This document shows positions 45,000 through 58,150 of a stretch of 64,000 bases of DNA, one piece after another (position 1 is the stretch's first letter; every line of letters starts with the position of its first letter). Origin of the DNA: Histomonas meleagridis 2922-C6/04-290x (taxonomy: Eukaryota > Protista > Parabasalia); NCBI GenBank assembly GCA_020184695.1, contig JAANOX010000255.1:48185-112184 (forward strand), written 5' to 3'. Below the pieces are notes generated by a model. The model had not been told where the DNA came from. It saw nothing but the letters and a program-made list of their open reading frames with translations, and made no database searches. A program made the position numbers and the translations under genes.

Positions 45000-45110
45000 C
45001 ATATTGGAAGACATTTTCCTGTGTTTTCGACTATGGCATTATTCATAAGAAAAGATTTATAACATTGAATTACTCCAAAAAATACAGCAAAATCAATTGA
45101 GTAGCTTATT
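45000..45110 (-). pseudogene. Relic fragment of a DUF3447-ankyrin gene
   Basis: The minus strand encodes SIDFAVFFGVIQCYKSFLMNNAIVENTGKC, matching LIDYAAFFGSIKCFKYLLMNGAKVENTGKY in the 7257 gene. Confidence 0.5.
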
Positions 45111-45849
45111 CAACAACACCAAAACAAGGAAGTACTTGAAAATTCCCAAAACACTATTCATTAAACTGGCCTTAATCAAGTTAATTCTTACTCTTTCATG
45201 TACACCAATATCCAACTATACAAATAGTATACATGTTACAGCGAAAGTCTTACAAGTGCTGAGGTAAGTTCAACGGCAAGCCTTTAATCCACATCATGTA
45301 AAAACTAACTTGAACCATCATATGATCACTTAATTTTTAATAGGGAATTTCATTTTTCTCAATAATTAATACTTCTTTTACCAAACTTATTTAAATATGG
45401 AGATTCGGGAATCCAAGAAACTTCAAGGTATTTTTTGACCAAGGTTTAAACACTTTTGTTTTATTTTAATTATTGTAAACTCAACCTTATTTATATATAT
45501 GGCAAATAGAAGAAAAATTTCGAACTTTTCATATGAAATCAAATCACTTCACCTAACATCCAGCTCCTTTTTTGAAACTTTTTGAATTAACACGATCATT
45601 TTCTTCTGAAGATTATCATATGTTGCTATAGCAAGTAAACTTATCAATTTTGATTGGTTTACATATGTAAATTATACGGAGTGCCCCAATCTGACTTTTG
45701 AAATTTTATATGGAAAAATTTGTCCTTTTGAATTTATATGTGCAAAAAATTAAATGTGATAATAATACATTAAGAATAAGAAATTCCTGTTGCTGAAAAA
45801 GACATTGATTAATGCATATGTAGTTTTATAAATCAAACAATTTGGAAGT

Positions 45850-47280
45850 TCATTGAATTGCGCCATATATAACTGATGTGTTAACATCCTCGTATCCATC
45901 GAATGATATCTTTTCAGGAGGACCTTCGCTCCATCGCCTTGACCACGTTCTATTTCGTAAGCAATTTTCACAAGGTGTTCCATAAGCAAATGGATAAAAA
46001 TAAACGTAAGAAAAAAGAGATATTATAATAATTAAAATTAACAAAAACTTTCTAAAAAATTTCTTAAATACCGTATCAATTACCATTACAGTTTCCATTA
46101 TTGCAAATATCAAAGGAATTAAATAATGATAAAGATACATAGATCGAGGAATGCTCATGAAAGGGAAATAAGAAAAAGCCCAGCCACTTAAAATGAACAC
46201 ATGCCTAAAGTCCAATATCTTAAGCAATGCTAAAACCATAGATAAACATATAAAAAATGTCGAAACGTAATATATTAAAGGCGATCCAATACAAATAATG
46301 AAAGATGAAGCATTATCATTCCAAAACATTACCCATTTATCCAAAAGTAAAGGCCAATACTTTGGTAATGATTGATATGGATGAGGTTTTGTAATTTTCA
46401 TATTCCCCGTATGCATAACATAATTAAAGTTAATTATCCTATGCAGTAATGACATCCCATTAAGTCGCATTCCTTTATATGATGTGTTGGACATTATCGT
46501 CGACTTAAATTGTGAATTGACATAATTGTCGCCCATTCCATGATAATAAACAACGCAAAAATGAATAAACCATGAAAATAAAAATATGAAAATTGTGGGA
46601 AGTAATATATCAGAAGCGCGTTGAATAATTTGTTTAACTTGTGGTTTATGTTTGAAGATCCAATATATCTGCGAAAAACCAGTCATGGCTATAAGGCCAA
46701 GAGCAGTGTTTTTACATGAGATAGCGCATCCTAATGAAATCCCAACAAATATAAACGAAAAACGTGTGTCAAAACGAAATGCATAACATATCGCAAAAAT
46801 ATGAAGACATGTAAAAAAGTGAAGAATACCATCAGTAAGAATAAAACGACCTTCTACAAGAAAAGATGTGTCGCATAAAAGCATTAAAGATGATGAAAAG
46901 GATGCAAAGGTACTGATGTCAAGTAATCGTAACGATGAATAAATTAATGGAATACAAAATGATTGAAAGATTTCTGGTGTTAAACGGAGTGTTATGTAAT
47001 AATGTTCATTATTTTGATATTGTAATGAATGAAATAAAATATCGCCTTTATATCCAGCAATTTTGGCAATTCCAGCCATTAGTAGCTTTGCAAGTGGTGG
47101 GTGGATATCAAAAAAAAATTCTCTTTTAATATACCAATTTGTGAAATTTCCAAAATGAACTTCATCAAAAACTGGTGAAGAAGGATGATAATTTAACCAT
47201 AATCTTGTGAAAAGAGAAAGAGTTGTTAGTAAAAATATTAGTACAACATCAACATTTGTAAAAATATCATTTTTTTTCAT
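45850..47280 (-). CDS. PMT-family dolichyl-phosphate-sugar protein O-glycosyltransferase (no MIR domains)
   Basis: VFDEVHFG, FFDIHPPLAKL, RFILTDG, HPYQS..WP and YLYHYL motifs; multiple TMs; 476 aa. Confidence 0.9.
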   Translation of the reverse strand: MKKNDIFTNVDVVLIFLLTTLSLFTRLWLNYHPSSPVFDEVHFGNFTNWYIKREFFFDIHPPLAKLLMAGIAKIAGYKGDILFHSLQYQNNEHYYITLRLTPEIFQSFCIPLIYSSLRLLDISTFASFSSSLMLLCDTSFLVEGRFILTDGILHFFTCLHIFAICYAFRFDTRFSFIFVGISLGCAISCKNTALGLIAMTGFSQIYWIFKHKPQVKQIIQRASDILLPTIFIFLFSWFIHFCVVYYHGMGDNYVNSQFKSTIMSNTSYKGMRLNGMSLLHRIINFNYVMHTGNMKITKPHPYQSLPKYWPLLLDKWVMFWNDNASSFIICIGSPLIYYVSTFFICLSMVLALLKILDFRHVFILSGWAFSYFPFMSIPRSMYLYHYLIPLIFAIMETVMVIDTVFKKFFRKFLLILIIIISLFSYVYFYPFAYGTPCENCLRNRTWSRRWSEGPPEKISFDGYEDVNTSVIYGAIQ

Positions 47281-47500
47281 TCTTCAACCATATTAACGGT
47301 CGACGATTTCTCTCCCAAAATCATCATTACTGGTTGTGAGTATTCATAAGCATTAATGACAACATGCGTTCCCAAGCAAGAGAATGAACTTACTATTTAC
47401 ATACTTGTACATGCCAAAACTTTGTTTTTTTTTTGATGGAAGAAAAAGAGATGACATGATTGAACGATAGGAAATTTTAGCGGTTTGGTTGACCACTGCC

Positions 47501-48535
47501 ATGCGAGCTATTGTGGGTGATATTCTCGGAAAATGTCGTATTATGGACTTATGGGAAGACTCCACAATATCAAGAATTTGTGGTAATGACAGTGATGCAC
47601 CAGATCGAGAATGGGGAATTGATTCAATTGTCGTATACAATGAAACAAAAGGATGTATGCTTCATAATTGCGGTGCAGCATCTCTTATAGATATTGATTC
47701 AAATGAACGAAAAAATATTCTTCATTTCGATGGAGTAACAAATGGTTATTCATTATCTTTTCAAAATGACACATTTATTGCAGGTTTCGGTAAAAAATGT
47801 GTTATATTTAATGAAGAAAAAGAGATAGGTTCATTTGAAACAATAGAAAATCCATCATGTGCATCAATATTTAATAATAAGATTTCATATGGACATTTAT
47901 CAGACAGAACCACAATTTTCGACATAGCCAAAGGAGAGAAACTATGGACTGCAGCAGAACCTCCATTTGATGAACTCAAAATCCAATTAGAAGATGTTGA
48001 CAGATCCATTCTTATGATGAATGATGACATAGTTATTGTAGGACAAAATGATTCCTTTATCCTAGTATATGATATTAGGAGTAGTAATGAGGCCGTTATC
48101 AGAACCAAAATATTTGAAGAATTTCCAATCACAGCTCTTGCCAAAATCTCCGATAACTTAGTTGCATTTGGCGATACAATTGGCTCTATCACAATCATGA
48201 CCTTAAATGTACCAGATCGTAGAGTTGATGGGTTCAAAGGTTTTACAGGTGCGCCCGCAGGCGTACTGTGTATGTCACCGCATCCATCGCTTCCAGTTTT
48301 TGCTGCTTTAACATGTGATCGTGTCGTCCGTATGTACGATTACACAAAACACGCATTGGTACCTCAAAAAGTTGCGTTCACGAAAACACTTTCACACTCA
48401 GTTGCAATGCTCAATGATAATATTCCGGAGCCTGAAGACTCATCCGAAAATGATTGGGCAGAGTTGCCTGAGGATGATGGTGACCTATGGACTAATTTCG
48501 TTCCTTGCCCACAGGCTAAAAAGGGCAATTTGTAA
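47501..48535 (+). CDS. WDR74: WD40 ribosome-biogenesis factor WDR74/Nsa1
   Basis: ATG 47501. IFDIAKGEKLWTAAEPPFDEL, YDIRS and HPSLPVFAALTCDRVVRMYD match the Nsa1 pattern. Confidence 0.72.
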   Translation: MRAIVGDILGKCRIMDLWEDSTISRICGNDSDAPDREWGIDSIVVYNETKGCMLHNCGAASLIDIDSNERKNILHFDGVTNGYSLSFQNDTFIAGFGKKCVIFNEEKEIGSFETIENPSCASIFNNKISYGHLSDRTTIFDIAKGEKLWTAAEPPFDELKIQLEDVDRSILMMNDDIVIVGQNDSFILVYDIRSSNEAVIRTKIFEEFPITALAKISDNLVAFGDTIGSITIMTLNVPDRRVDGFKGFTGAPAGVLCMSPHPSLPVFAALTCDRVVRMYDYTKHALVPQKVAFTKTLSHSVAMLNDNIPEPEDSSENDWAELPEDDGDLWTNFVPCPQAKKGNL

Positions 48536-49330
48536 ACATAGATATAATATTAACAATGAAATTTGTTTGTAAACGATTTGAGGAAAATGTTTTGCATCAC
48601 ATTTTTTAAATTTATATATAAGTGTGAAAATGGACGCTTGCTCATTTTCTCTATGAAAATTTCACTTGTTGTGGTGCTTATAATTTTCCCAAGTGAACTT
48701 TACTCATTATGTTTGTTAATTTAAAGTTTTACTTGGTATTGAACAGTCTGTTGTTCTTTTAGATATTACAAATTTTTAACTTATGCATCAATAAAATTGT
48801 ATTTAAAAAAGTTATTACCATGTTGATTATTGAATCATCTTAAGGCAATATCTGTATACAGAAATGGTAATATGTATACAGAAATGGTAATATTACTCAT
48901 TAAAATGGAAGGAAGTGATGCTGATGCGATTTATTTGATGGTAATAAATAAAAATTGGAATTACTTCAAATGTTTCAATCAGCACTTATGTAAGTATCTT
49001 CAAAAGGTTATACAGAAATAGTAATATTACAATTCAAGGCAAAAAGAATATGTAATTTTATAAAACATTTTAGTACTATTTAATCACATGTTTACATGAT
49101 GAAATTCATGTGTAATAATATATATTTTTACTTTGTTTCTTTAAAATAGTATTTGATTCAGCTTATCTCATCATTTCTAATATTTATATACACATGGCGT
49201 TTAATTTCAACAACATTATAAAATTCAATATCGGAACTTAAAAAAATTTTATAAAAAAAAAATTAATATAAAAACATAAAAATATATTTATATTTTATAT
49301 GAATAAATTCTCGATTCAATTTTTTGTTAC

Positions 49331-52300
49331 TTACATTTGATCTAACGAGAATGTTGAAACTGCTTTATCCTTTGGTATGAAGCTCACAGTTTTATAATTA
49401 AATTCCACGTTATTAAATTCTTCTGTTGGATTCTGTCTTTTCAACTTATTCATGTTCATTGTAGTTTCGAATCTTGTCTTCACCACGGACGGCGGCTCAT
49501 CGAATATATACCCAGTGTTATTCATATTATTTTTGTTTATATTCGTTTCCACGATTTCTTCAGGTGGTGGAATGAAACTTTTAACTTCGTTTCTAATTGG
49601 CCTTAGTTTAATTGGCATTCTTTCCCAATGTAACACTCTATTTGTAATATTATTTAAACTATTTAAACATGCGTCAATAGTTATTATAGGTAACATTGCC
49701 GTAATTGAAGTCGAAACTATTGACATATAAAATACAGCAGAAGAAAATAACTTCGGAACAAGTTTTAGATCCAACGAGAAATCGAATTAACATAATATTA
49801 AAGTTATTGGGAAGAATATTAATATACTTCCCCATATTAATACATGATGAATCCATGTCCAATATGTACACATTGTAGCGATCTTTAAGTTTGCTATGAA
49901 TATTACACATGCATATACAGTCACACCGAAATCAGACATACCAATAGCTTTACCATCATTAAATAGAAATGGTTTCATACCAAAATATGGAATGAAAAAT
50001 GTTATAAATGAATGAAAGATACCTAATAATAATGATAACCAAAATCGATAATAACTTAATACCCAATCACGTTTCCCATTAAAATAATATAACTCTGGGA
50101 TATCCAACATCGAATTTAATGAAACATCTCGTTCAATAGAAGCATAAACTATAATTGGACAAGATGTAAAGACAACATTCACTATGGATAAAAGCCATGA
50201 ATTATATAATGAGCTACCACTAAAGTTACAAAAGATAGCAAATAAAATTTGATTAAAGGAAAACATCATATTCTTATAAAAACTATAATTAATCAAGTTA
50301 ACATTTCGATAAAAATTACATCGCCCATGAAATAGTAATAACTTCTTAAGAAATCTGAATTGTCCAAATGAATAATCAGATGCTAATACTGCTTGTCGAC
50401 CTTCTTTACCACTAATACCTACACCAATATCTGCTTCTAATATCATTCCAACATCGTTAGCTCCATCACCTATAGCTAAACAAATTTTTCCTGTTTTCTT
50501 TCGTATGACATTTACAATCATTTTCTTTTGTAATGGTGAAACTCGACAACATATTACTGATTTACATCGTAATGATAACTTAAAGAACATATCAATGTTT
50601 TTTTCTAATAACATATGATATAGTGATATACCACTTGCTATTAAAGCAAGTTTAATATTTTCATTATTTTCTATTTTGTCTAATGATTCGATAAGTGTTT
50701 CTTTCAGTTTATCAGGATCATCATTATCTAATATAATTAATTCCATATCATTAGATAATAATGAACATGCATAACCAATGTTAATAGCTGTTTCTCTTTT
50801 ATCTCCAGTAATTACCCAAACGTTAATTTGTCCAAGTAACAATGATTGAATTGTATCCATAACTCCATCTTGAAGTTTATCTTCGATAGCAGTAGCGCCT
50901 AAAATTTTCAAGTCACATTCGATTTCATTCGATACTATATCAATAGCTTCATCTCTATTATTAATTTGACAACATGCTTCATGATATCTCTTATGCCAAT
51001 CTTGATAATATTCTTCATCAATAACTTTATAAGCACAACATAAAGTACGTAATCCATCAGCTGCAAATTGTTTCAAATGATTCGAGGTTTCTTTAACATA
51101 TTTTGAATCTTTTGATAATCGTTCCATTATTAAATCATCGGCACCTTTACAATATAATATGATTTGATTTGTTATGGGATGTCGGATAATTACTGAACTT
51201 CTTTTACGTTGTGAACTAAATTCTAATATTGTTAATATTGGGACTCTAATTTTTGTATTATTCATTTGAACAATAACTTCTTTTTGTGACCGCTCACAAA
51301 ATATATAACCAAAATCAGCTGCCGCTGAAACTATAGCGATTTCATCTGGTGAAGAAGCTTGGAATGATATTCCATAAGGTTTCGTTGGATCTTTCTCTGG
51401 TACAACTGAATGACATAAACATAATAACCATAAGAAATGCATGACTTCTAATGGTGGGTTTTCTATCAAATTCATAAATTCATCATCTTTAAATGCTTTC
51501 CCATATTTATTTGGTGGAGGAATTGATATACCTTTTCTTTGTGCTGCTGCATAAGCAACTTCAGTGGTTCCATGTCCATAAATGTTCCCTGCAACACTAC
51601 ATTTCATGAATTCCATTACGTTTTGTGTTAATGTTCCCGTTTTATCAGAAAAGATATATTCCACTTGTCCTAAGTCATCAGAGATATTTGTTGTTCGAGA
51701 TTTGGCACCAACGCCACTTATTGGATCATACATTTGTGAATCCCATGCCGTAAATAATGCTTGAAACACTCGAACAACTTCTAATGTTACATATAATGAA
51801 ATAGGAATCATCGAATTAATAATAACAAAATGTGCAACAAATAATAAAATGAAGTCTAAAAATCCACTAACTTTTTCGTTCTGGCGATAAAAATACCAAT
51901 ACTTACCTGTGTATACATTTTTCTTCTTAAAAACATAACCAATGATAGTACATATTAAGGATAAAATCATTTGGAATACAAAAACAGAGATAATTTTAAA
52001 GTTAAGACCTTTCTCAAGTTTAGAACGCTTGGTTCGAACTGAACTCGAATTCATCATAATTTTGGATTCGCGGCCTGTATAAACAACAACTCCAACAACA
52101 TATTTGGTATTACGAATGACACAACCTCTTAATATGGTTTGTTGATTATCTAATGGAAACGTTTCTTCATTGTGTTTGAGGAAGCCGTTAAATGTGTATA
52201 AAAAATTATTGGGCTCATCACAGCAAATAGTGGCTTGATACTCAGTACATAATAAAGGATCATCATGAAGGTCAAAAGTTTCAAAACATGCTTGACGTAT

Positions 52301-52804
52301 CTTGAGATTGGATTCTCCATCAAGATTTCGTGTGTCAATATATGTGATTCCATCATTGGATTCGGTAGATAAAACAACAATGTCAGCTGGAACTTGTTCA
52401 TCTTTTTCAATTTTGATGATATCACCTACTAATAATTCTTTCCAGGTTGTATCAACAAATTCTGAATTTTTTAAAACGTGCGCTACGGAATCATTGATAA
52501 CTTTGTCACTACAATGACGAAGCCAATCTTCAATTGCTTCACGAACTGCACTTATACCTACAACAATGAATAATGGAAAAGCAGCTGTAATAGGTGAAAC
52601 TGAAACACCTGGTAAAAGCATTAATAAAATTGAAAGTAAAAAATAAAAGTTTGCAATTCTTGAAAATTGTTCAAATAGATTTTTTGGAAGGAAAGTTAAC
52701 ACATTATATTTTGTTGTAGAAATTTCATTTGTAACATAGATCGGTTTATTTTTTTCATTACGTGTTTGATGAAGCGTGACAACGCGGAAGTTCTCACCCT
52801 CCAT
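49331..52804 (-). CDS. P4-type ATPase (phospholipid flippase) with one in-frame TAA at 49787-49789
   Basis: ATG 52804. TTKYN..FLPKNLFEQF, DGESNLK, PISLYV, FSDKTGTLT, TGDK and GDGAND. The two listed ORFs are in the same frame, separated by a single stop. Confidence 0.92.
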
Positions 52805-53550
52805 ACGCAGAAATTTCGGCCAACCGATAGAATTAGTCAATCGGTTTGCGGTTGGATATCAGGTTACAACACATTGAAAACAGTCAATTTAAATTGCCGT
52901 TTCTGGTGGGGATCTGACCAAATATATACCCACTATTCAAACAATAATATCTTGGAATCAAAAAATAATTTATGTATTTTTTTGTAGCAAAAGGTGTAAT
53001 ATTGTTTTCATTTTTTAGATATTTGTTATTTTGGGGAAAAAAATAAAACTCAAAATCCTGCAATATTTTTTCAACGATAATTTTAGGTTAAGGATAGCAT
53101 TGGTAGGAGATTACAAAAATACCCTCGTTTCGAAATTTCGACTGTACAATTTTTCGAAATTCAATCTGATTTCGACCATACTTTTTATGGAATTTTGGAT
53201 TATTTCCTATATAGTAATGTTGCATATTAGATGTGTTTATTTTCTAAACTATTATCCTTTATCATTTTTATTAAAAATTTTGAGAAAATGTGAAAATATA
53301 TGAAAAAATCAACTTAGTCAATAATAAATTGAGTGCGACTTTTTATATGAAGTGGCGGTGGTCTTTATTTATTTATTATTAAAATATATTATGATTTGTT
53401 ATTTAAAAAAATGTGGTTGTTTAATAAAAATATTTTTTTTTCATAAATTTTAATGAATGATTAGAATTTTGGTGATATGAAAAAAATGATGTGAAGTGAT
53501 TTTTTATAATAAATTTTTATATTTTTTTATTTGAATTTTTGCATATCTAC

Positions 53551-54800
53551 TTAATGTTTGAAATCTCTTAAGTTAACTGATATCACCGCTATTGTTTCCT
53601 TAATGCTATCATAATATTTATGGATCCATACGAGCATATTTTGCTTTGTTTTAGTGCCACTTTTGGAAAATGGAATTTGATAGTATTCAGAACAATTTAC
53701 GATGATATCCTTCAAAGTACAACATAATAACTTATTTCCAGATAATTTCTTTAAGTCAATTATTATTTCTTCATTTATTGAGGAATATTTTCTCTTTATC
53801 TTTACTCTTTGAGAATCTTCGATAAAGCATATCTTATCCATTGATACTTTGGATTGTGTAAGATTTTTATCATTTAAACCTGTCTGAACAGACAAGGTAA
53901 CTGCATTAATACTCAAGGAATTCATTATTCTTTCTGTACTGAAATAAAATGTATCAAATAATATTTGAAAAAATTCTTCCACAATTTTAGAATGATTACT
54001 CATAATGAAATCGATATTTTCCATATTAACATTAGGTTTTTCTACTATGAATCTCGTCTCAATTAATAGTGAATAAGCATTTGCCCTTCCATCATATGGA
54101 AATAATGATTTATCATATTCATTGTTTGAAATTGTAATTCCGAACGATGATCCTCTTTTATAAAGCTTTAATGGATGTAATTTTTAATCTGCTATGCTAG
54201 CTATTATCTGATATTCTTTTTAATGCTGATCTTAGGGGGTTGAATATACCCATTTTCATTCATAAACATTTAAATTGATGTTCAAGAGGATTTGACGTAA
54301 ATCTGTTTAAGCTTTTTTTGGCATTCATATCTTTTGAAAGTAATGTACCAGAAGAATGAATCGTATTACAACAATGTATACATAATTTCTCATCAATAAG
54401 TGTTAAAGCAACAGTATTTTTCATAATTTTTTGTTTTATTCCTGTGTCTAATTTTGTTTTTTTCAAAAATTTATAATATATAGACATTTAGAAGAAAGTG
54501 ATTCCAAATAGCGAAATTCTTTCGCTTAAATTTATATTATCATTAGACAATGCATCTATAAATAAAGACCATGGTAAGAAATATAATAATGCTGATAATT
54601 TATGTTTCTCAAATAGCATTAATGTATTGTTAATAGAAAATAGAGAAATGGGAAGAAATCCGTGCATTTTTGTGATTTTAAAGTCATTAATCAAAATCGG
54701 TAATAAATTTAGATCTAAATTCCATGGAACCCTGGAATTTGTTGATGATATCTTTGCATGGAAGAATCGGAATGAAATAAATAAAATGATAGATAATTGA
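53551..54800 (-). mobile_element. Degenerate P-element/THAP9-like transposase relic
   Basis: Fragments ITKMHGFLPISLFS and SLNRFTSNPLEHQF resemble the P-element-type KM..A..LFS and S.DPLE..F motifs. Multiple stops and frameshifts. Confidence 0.45.
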
Positions 54801-55379
54801 ATAAAATGTGATCATTCAGCATTGAAAATTTGCTAGCTCACTTCTTTGGCTCAAACGTCACTTTTTATTCAATTTACTTACTCAAAACGGTTCTCATATT
54901 CAAAAAGTTTATCACTTCATAGGCACAAAAAGCCGATAGCTGGCTCAGAAAGACGATAGGGGTTTTTGATCGGCAATTCTCATGAAATAAGATGCAAAAA
55001 TAAATATTACTTTATCTCTAGTGAAATCGAATGAATAAAAATCAAAACCGTTTACGAAAAAATCGTTGTGCCAGCCAGTAACAGTTGATTGCCAGTCAAT
55101 TCATGATTAAAGTCAGCCAATTGAACCAGTCTAATATTAAATAATAACAATAATAATAATGAGAATCATCACCAAAATAATAATAATGAAGGATAAATTG
55201 TTACAAATCAAAATCCAAATAATAATCAAATACCCATTAATATTAACAATGATAATGAAATCGAAACCAGAAATGCTAATAAATAAAATAAAAAATGCGA
55301 ATACACCAAATGATTCAAAAAATCAAATTAATGAATGAAAAAATATTCACTTAAATGAGATTTTTTTTATGAACAATAA

Positions 55380-55760
55380 TGATAGATTAAAAATTTCAAT
55401 TATTGATATAATAGCATATGGAAATTCTTGGCCAGGTGTAAATGCCTATGTATGTACACAATGTGATGAAGCAGTCTTTACTAATGTGAAACATTCAAAA
55501 GATCATGAATTAAGATCTCATAATTAATATTTTTCAAATTGCGTAATGAGTGAATTTATAAGTTTTCTCAGTAAAGAGGAATTATATTGATCAATGTTCA
55601 CTTAATGGTCAACATCAATGCTATTACGGTAATTCTGGTTTATATATATGTTATCATCCTAATTGTGAATATTTTACAAATAAACAAGCATCATTAGCAT
55701 CAAATTTAAAAATCGAACATAAACATCTTTTCAATTTAAATTTTTCTATAGGTTGAATAA
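55380..55760 (+). pseudogene. Fragments encoding C2H2-like zinc fingers, probably element-derived
   Basis: YVCTQCDEAVFTNVKHSKDHELRSH and YICYHPNCEYFTNKQASLASNLKIEH, separated by stops. Confidence 0.3.
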
Positions 55761-56235
55761 ATAAAAGTCCAACTATCAAAGATTTAATCAAAAAGAGAAA
55801 AGGCTATTCATAGATGATGCAATTAAACCAATTCATTTTTTATTTTTATTATATTCTTTTTGTCACCAGGCTTGTTGTGGAAGTCTGGTGGTCGATATCG
55901 AAGAATGATCATCGATCAATCTATCGACACTAACACCCAAGTCTTTGTTACTTTACCACACAAAACTCGTCGAGCTTGAATATTTTGTCGAAGTGTTCTT
56001 TTGACTAATGTCATGACCATCAGGTTGTAATTCGAGTTAAAGACACGCTTAGTAACCGACGGTTATGATTGTTTCGCATTGAAACAACAAGCCTTTTAAA
56101 TGCAAAACATTCATAACCGTCGACAAGGGGAGCATATATTGTACATTAGAGCTCTAATAAATTTCGGAAAGTATTTAAAAAAATGGGATGTAAACCATAC
56201 AAAAGGTTTTATGTAAAGTCAATTAAAGTTAAGTC

Positions 56236-57327
56236 AAAAACGATGTTACACTTATTTATGTACTATATATAGACGTGTTACTTTGAGATATTGACAATGT
56301 TTGCTTGATTCATTATTTTTATTGTTCATGCAAGACACAGGTTGTCAAATGGCTCAAAATATGATCAAAACAAGAACGGAAATCATAGCTTTTATTGACT
56401 AAGGAAAAAATAATTCAGAAATTCATAGAATCATTTACATTATTCGCCAAAATCCTAATTTGGGCCCAATTTTATCTGGTAAAATTTGCGATATTAGGCA
56501 TAAACTCGGTTTTGGATATCTTCCACCAGTTGAAACCTTTGCTGTTTCTGATGCTCAGCGACAGAACAGAATTGCTTTTTGCCAATATCATTTTCAAGCC
56601 AACACGAATTGGGGAAATGTCTCTTCCACAGATGAATCGAGCTTTAACTTGGAAAATTCTCATCGGTGGCTATGGAGAAGAAAAAACGAAAGCGATTCAG
56701 AAGCGGTACAACACAGGAAACATAAATTTACATCGAAAGTAATGATGTATGGAGTTAATTAGCTACAAATGGGAATCCCCATTGATCTGTGTCAAAAGTA
56801 ATATATATTCAGAGGTTCACATCGATGAGCTAATCGATGGAACCGGACTCATTCCAAGCATGGATGCGCACTATGGACATCATCAATGGCTCTTACAACA
56901 CGATGGAGCAACATGTCACACATCTCGAGTCACACTGTCATATCTTACACAATATTGCAATCAGGTTCAAAATTGGCCTGCAATGAGCCCGGACCTTAAC
57001 GTTATTGAGAACCTGTGGTCTATTGTGAAGAGAAGAGTTGAAAACTTGGTACCGCAAACTGAGAAAGATTTAATCAATATTGCATTTCAAGTATGAGAAA
57101 ATCTTTCCCAAGCTCATTGATTCAAAGCCCCACCGACTTGTCGCTGTTCTGAACAATAATGATTTCCCGAGTGAGTATTAATCAATTTATTGTGAAATTT
57201 TTTGGTCAAAAACGATCAATAAATCATTAAATTTCTCACATAAATATTTTACAAGTATCAAAAACGATATTACATCCCCCTCATTGAAATCATTTAAATT
57301 TGAATAAGGGGGTATAACATCGTTTTT
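56236..57327 (+). mobile_element. Tc1-like DD34E transposon relic (transposase 56349-57181, disrupted)
   Basis: STDESSF, LLQHDGATCH and WPAMSPDLNVIENLW with 34 residues between D and E; C-terminus IDSKPHRLVAVL...Y*. Inverted 16-bp motif aaaaacgatgttacac (56236) / gtataacatcgttttt (57312-57327), 15/16 match. Confidence 0.8.
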
Positions 57328-57382
57328 TATCAAGCTTTACATTTCGATCCAACACAAAATTTAGGTTCGATCAGTCAATAGA

Positions 57383-58150
57383 TTGTTCTCAATGCTTGAT
57401 TTCAGAGTGAAGTCCATCAAATTCTCCCCTCCTGCAAGAAACACCATTAGACTAATGATTTTGCTTATTTGGTCAAGTATTGTATCTGAAATTGCTTCAT
57501 TATCAAAAGTCATCTTCATGTTTGTTGATGAAGTAGCAGTTACATTACTACCAAACACAATAAAAGGAAGAACATTGATAGGTGTAGTTCCAGTAGAAGG
57601 AATTCTTTCAAAACAAAAATTATCGATTCTTTCATATGTGATTCCAGGTTTCGAAGTTATCAACAGATGGTTTTGTGGGAGTGTAAATAGTATTCAATAT
57701 TCTTTATTTATACGTGAAGTTACCGATCTGATTCGAAGAGCAGTGTGCTCTGGAACCAATAAAATTTGCTTAATTCATGACTATTGTAAAATCTCAAAAA
57801 GCTATTCAAGAAATGAGACCAACAGAAATACCAAAAGCATCATATAGTCCTTACTTAAATGAGGTTGTTGAAGCTTACTTTGGTTTTCAGAAAACCGAAA
57901 TGGCGAACTTCGAAACCAATGCCTTGGTTTTTGATGACACACTTGAACAAAAATTAAAGAAAGATTGTTAAGAGCAGAAAACAAATTTACACCAAAGATA
58001 TCAGAAAGGTTCTATGCAAAATGGATCCCGATTCTCGAAATGTGTAAAAATGGTCAACTATTGAGCTCACAAAGTGTGCATTACAATGAACAATACATGG
58101 CATGGTTAAGAAACAGCGTATTAACCTATAGAAAAAGAGGTGAATCTTAA
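57383..58150 (+). mobile_element. Second IS630/Tc1-superfamily transposase relic (different family)
   Basis: MFVDE, GSVNS..Y..F, ICLIHDYCKI and SYSPYLNEVVEAYFG, ending with RFYAKWIPILEMCKNG. Frameshifted and lacking an N-terminal DNA-binding part. Confidence 0.62.

Noticed and set aside
48850-48895. 20-bp tandem duplication gtatacagaaatggtaatat; also a 22-bp duplication near 9718-9765
   Set aside because: Simple local slippage duplications with no evident function.
49787-49789. TAA/TAG reassignment to Gln as in hexamitids or some oxymonads
   Set aside because: TAA terminates conserved genes here (Hsp110, MCM7), and long ORFs have no other internal TAA.
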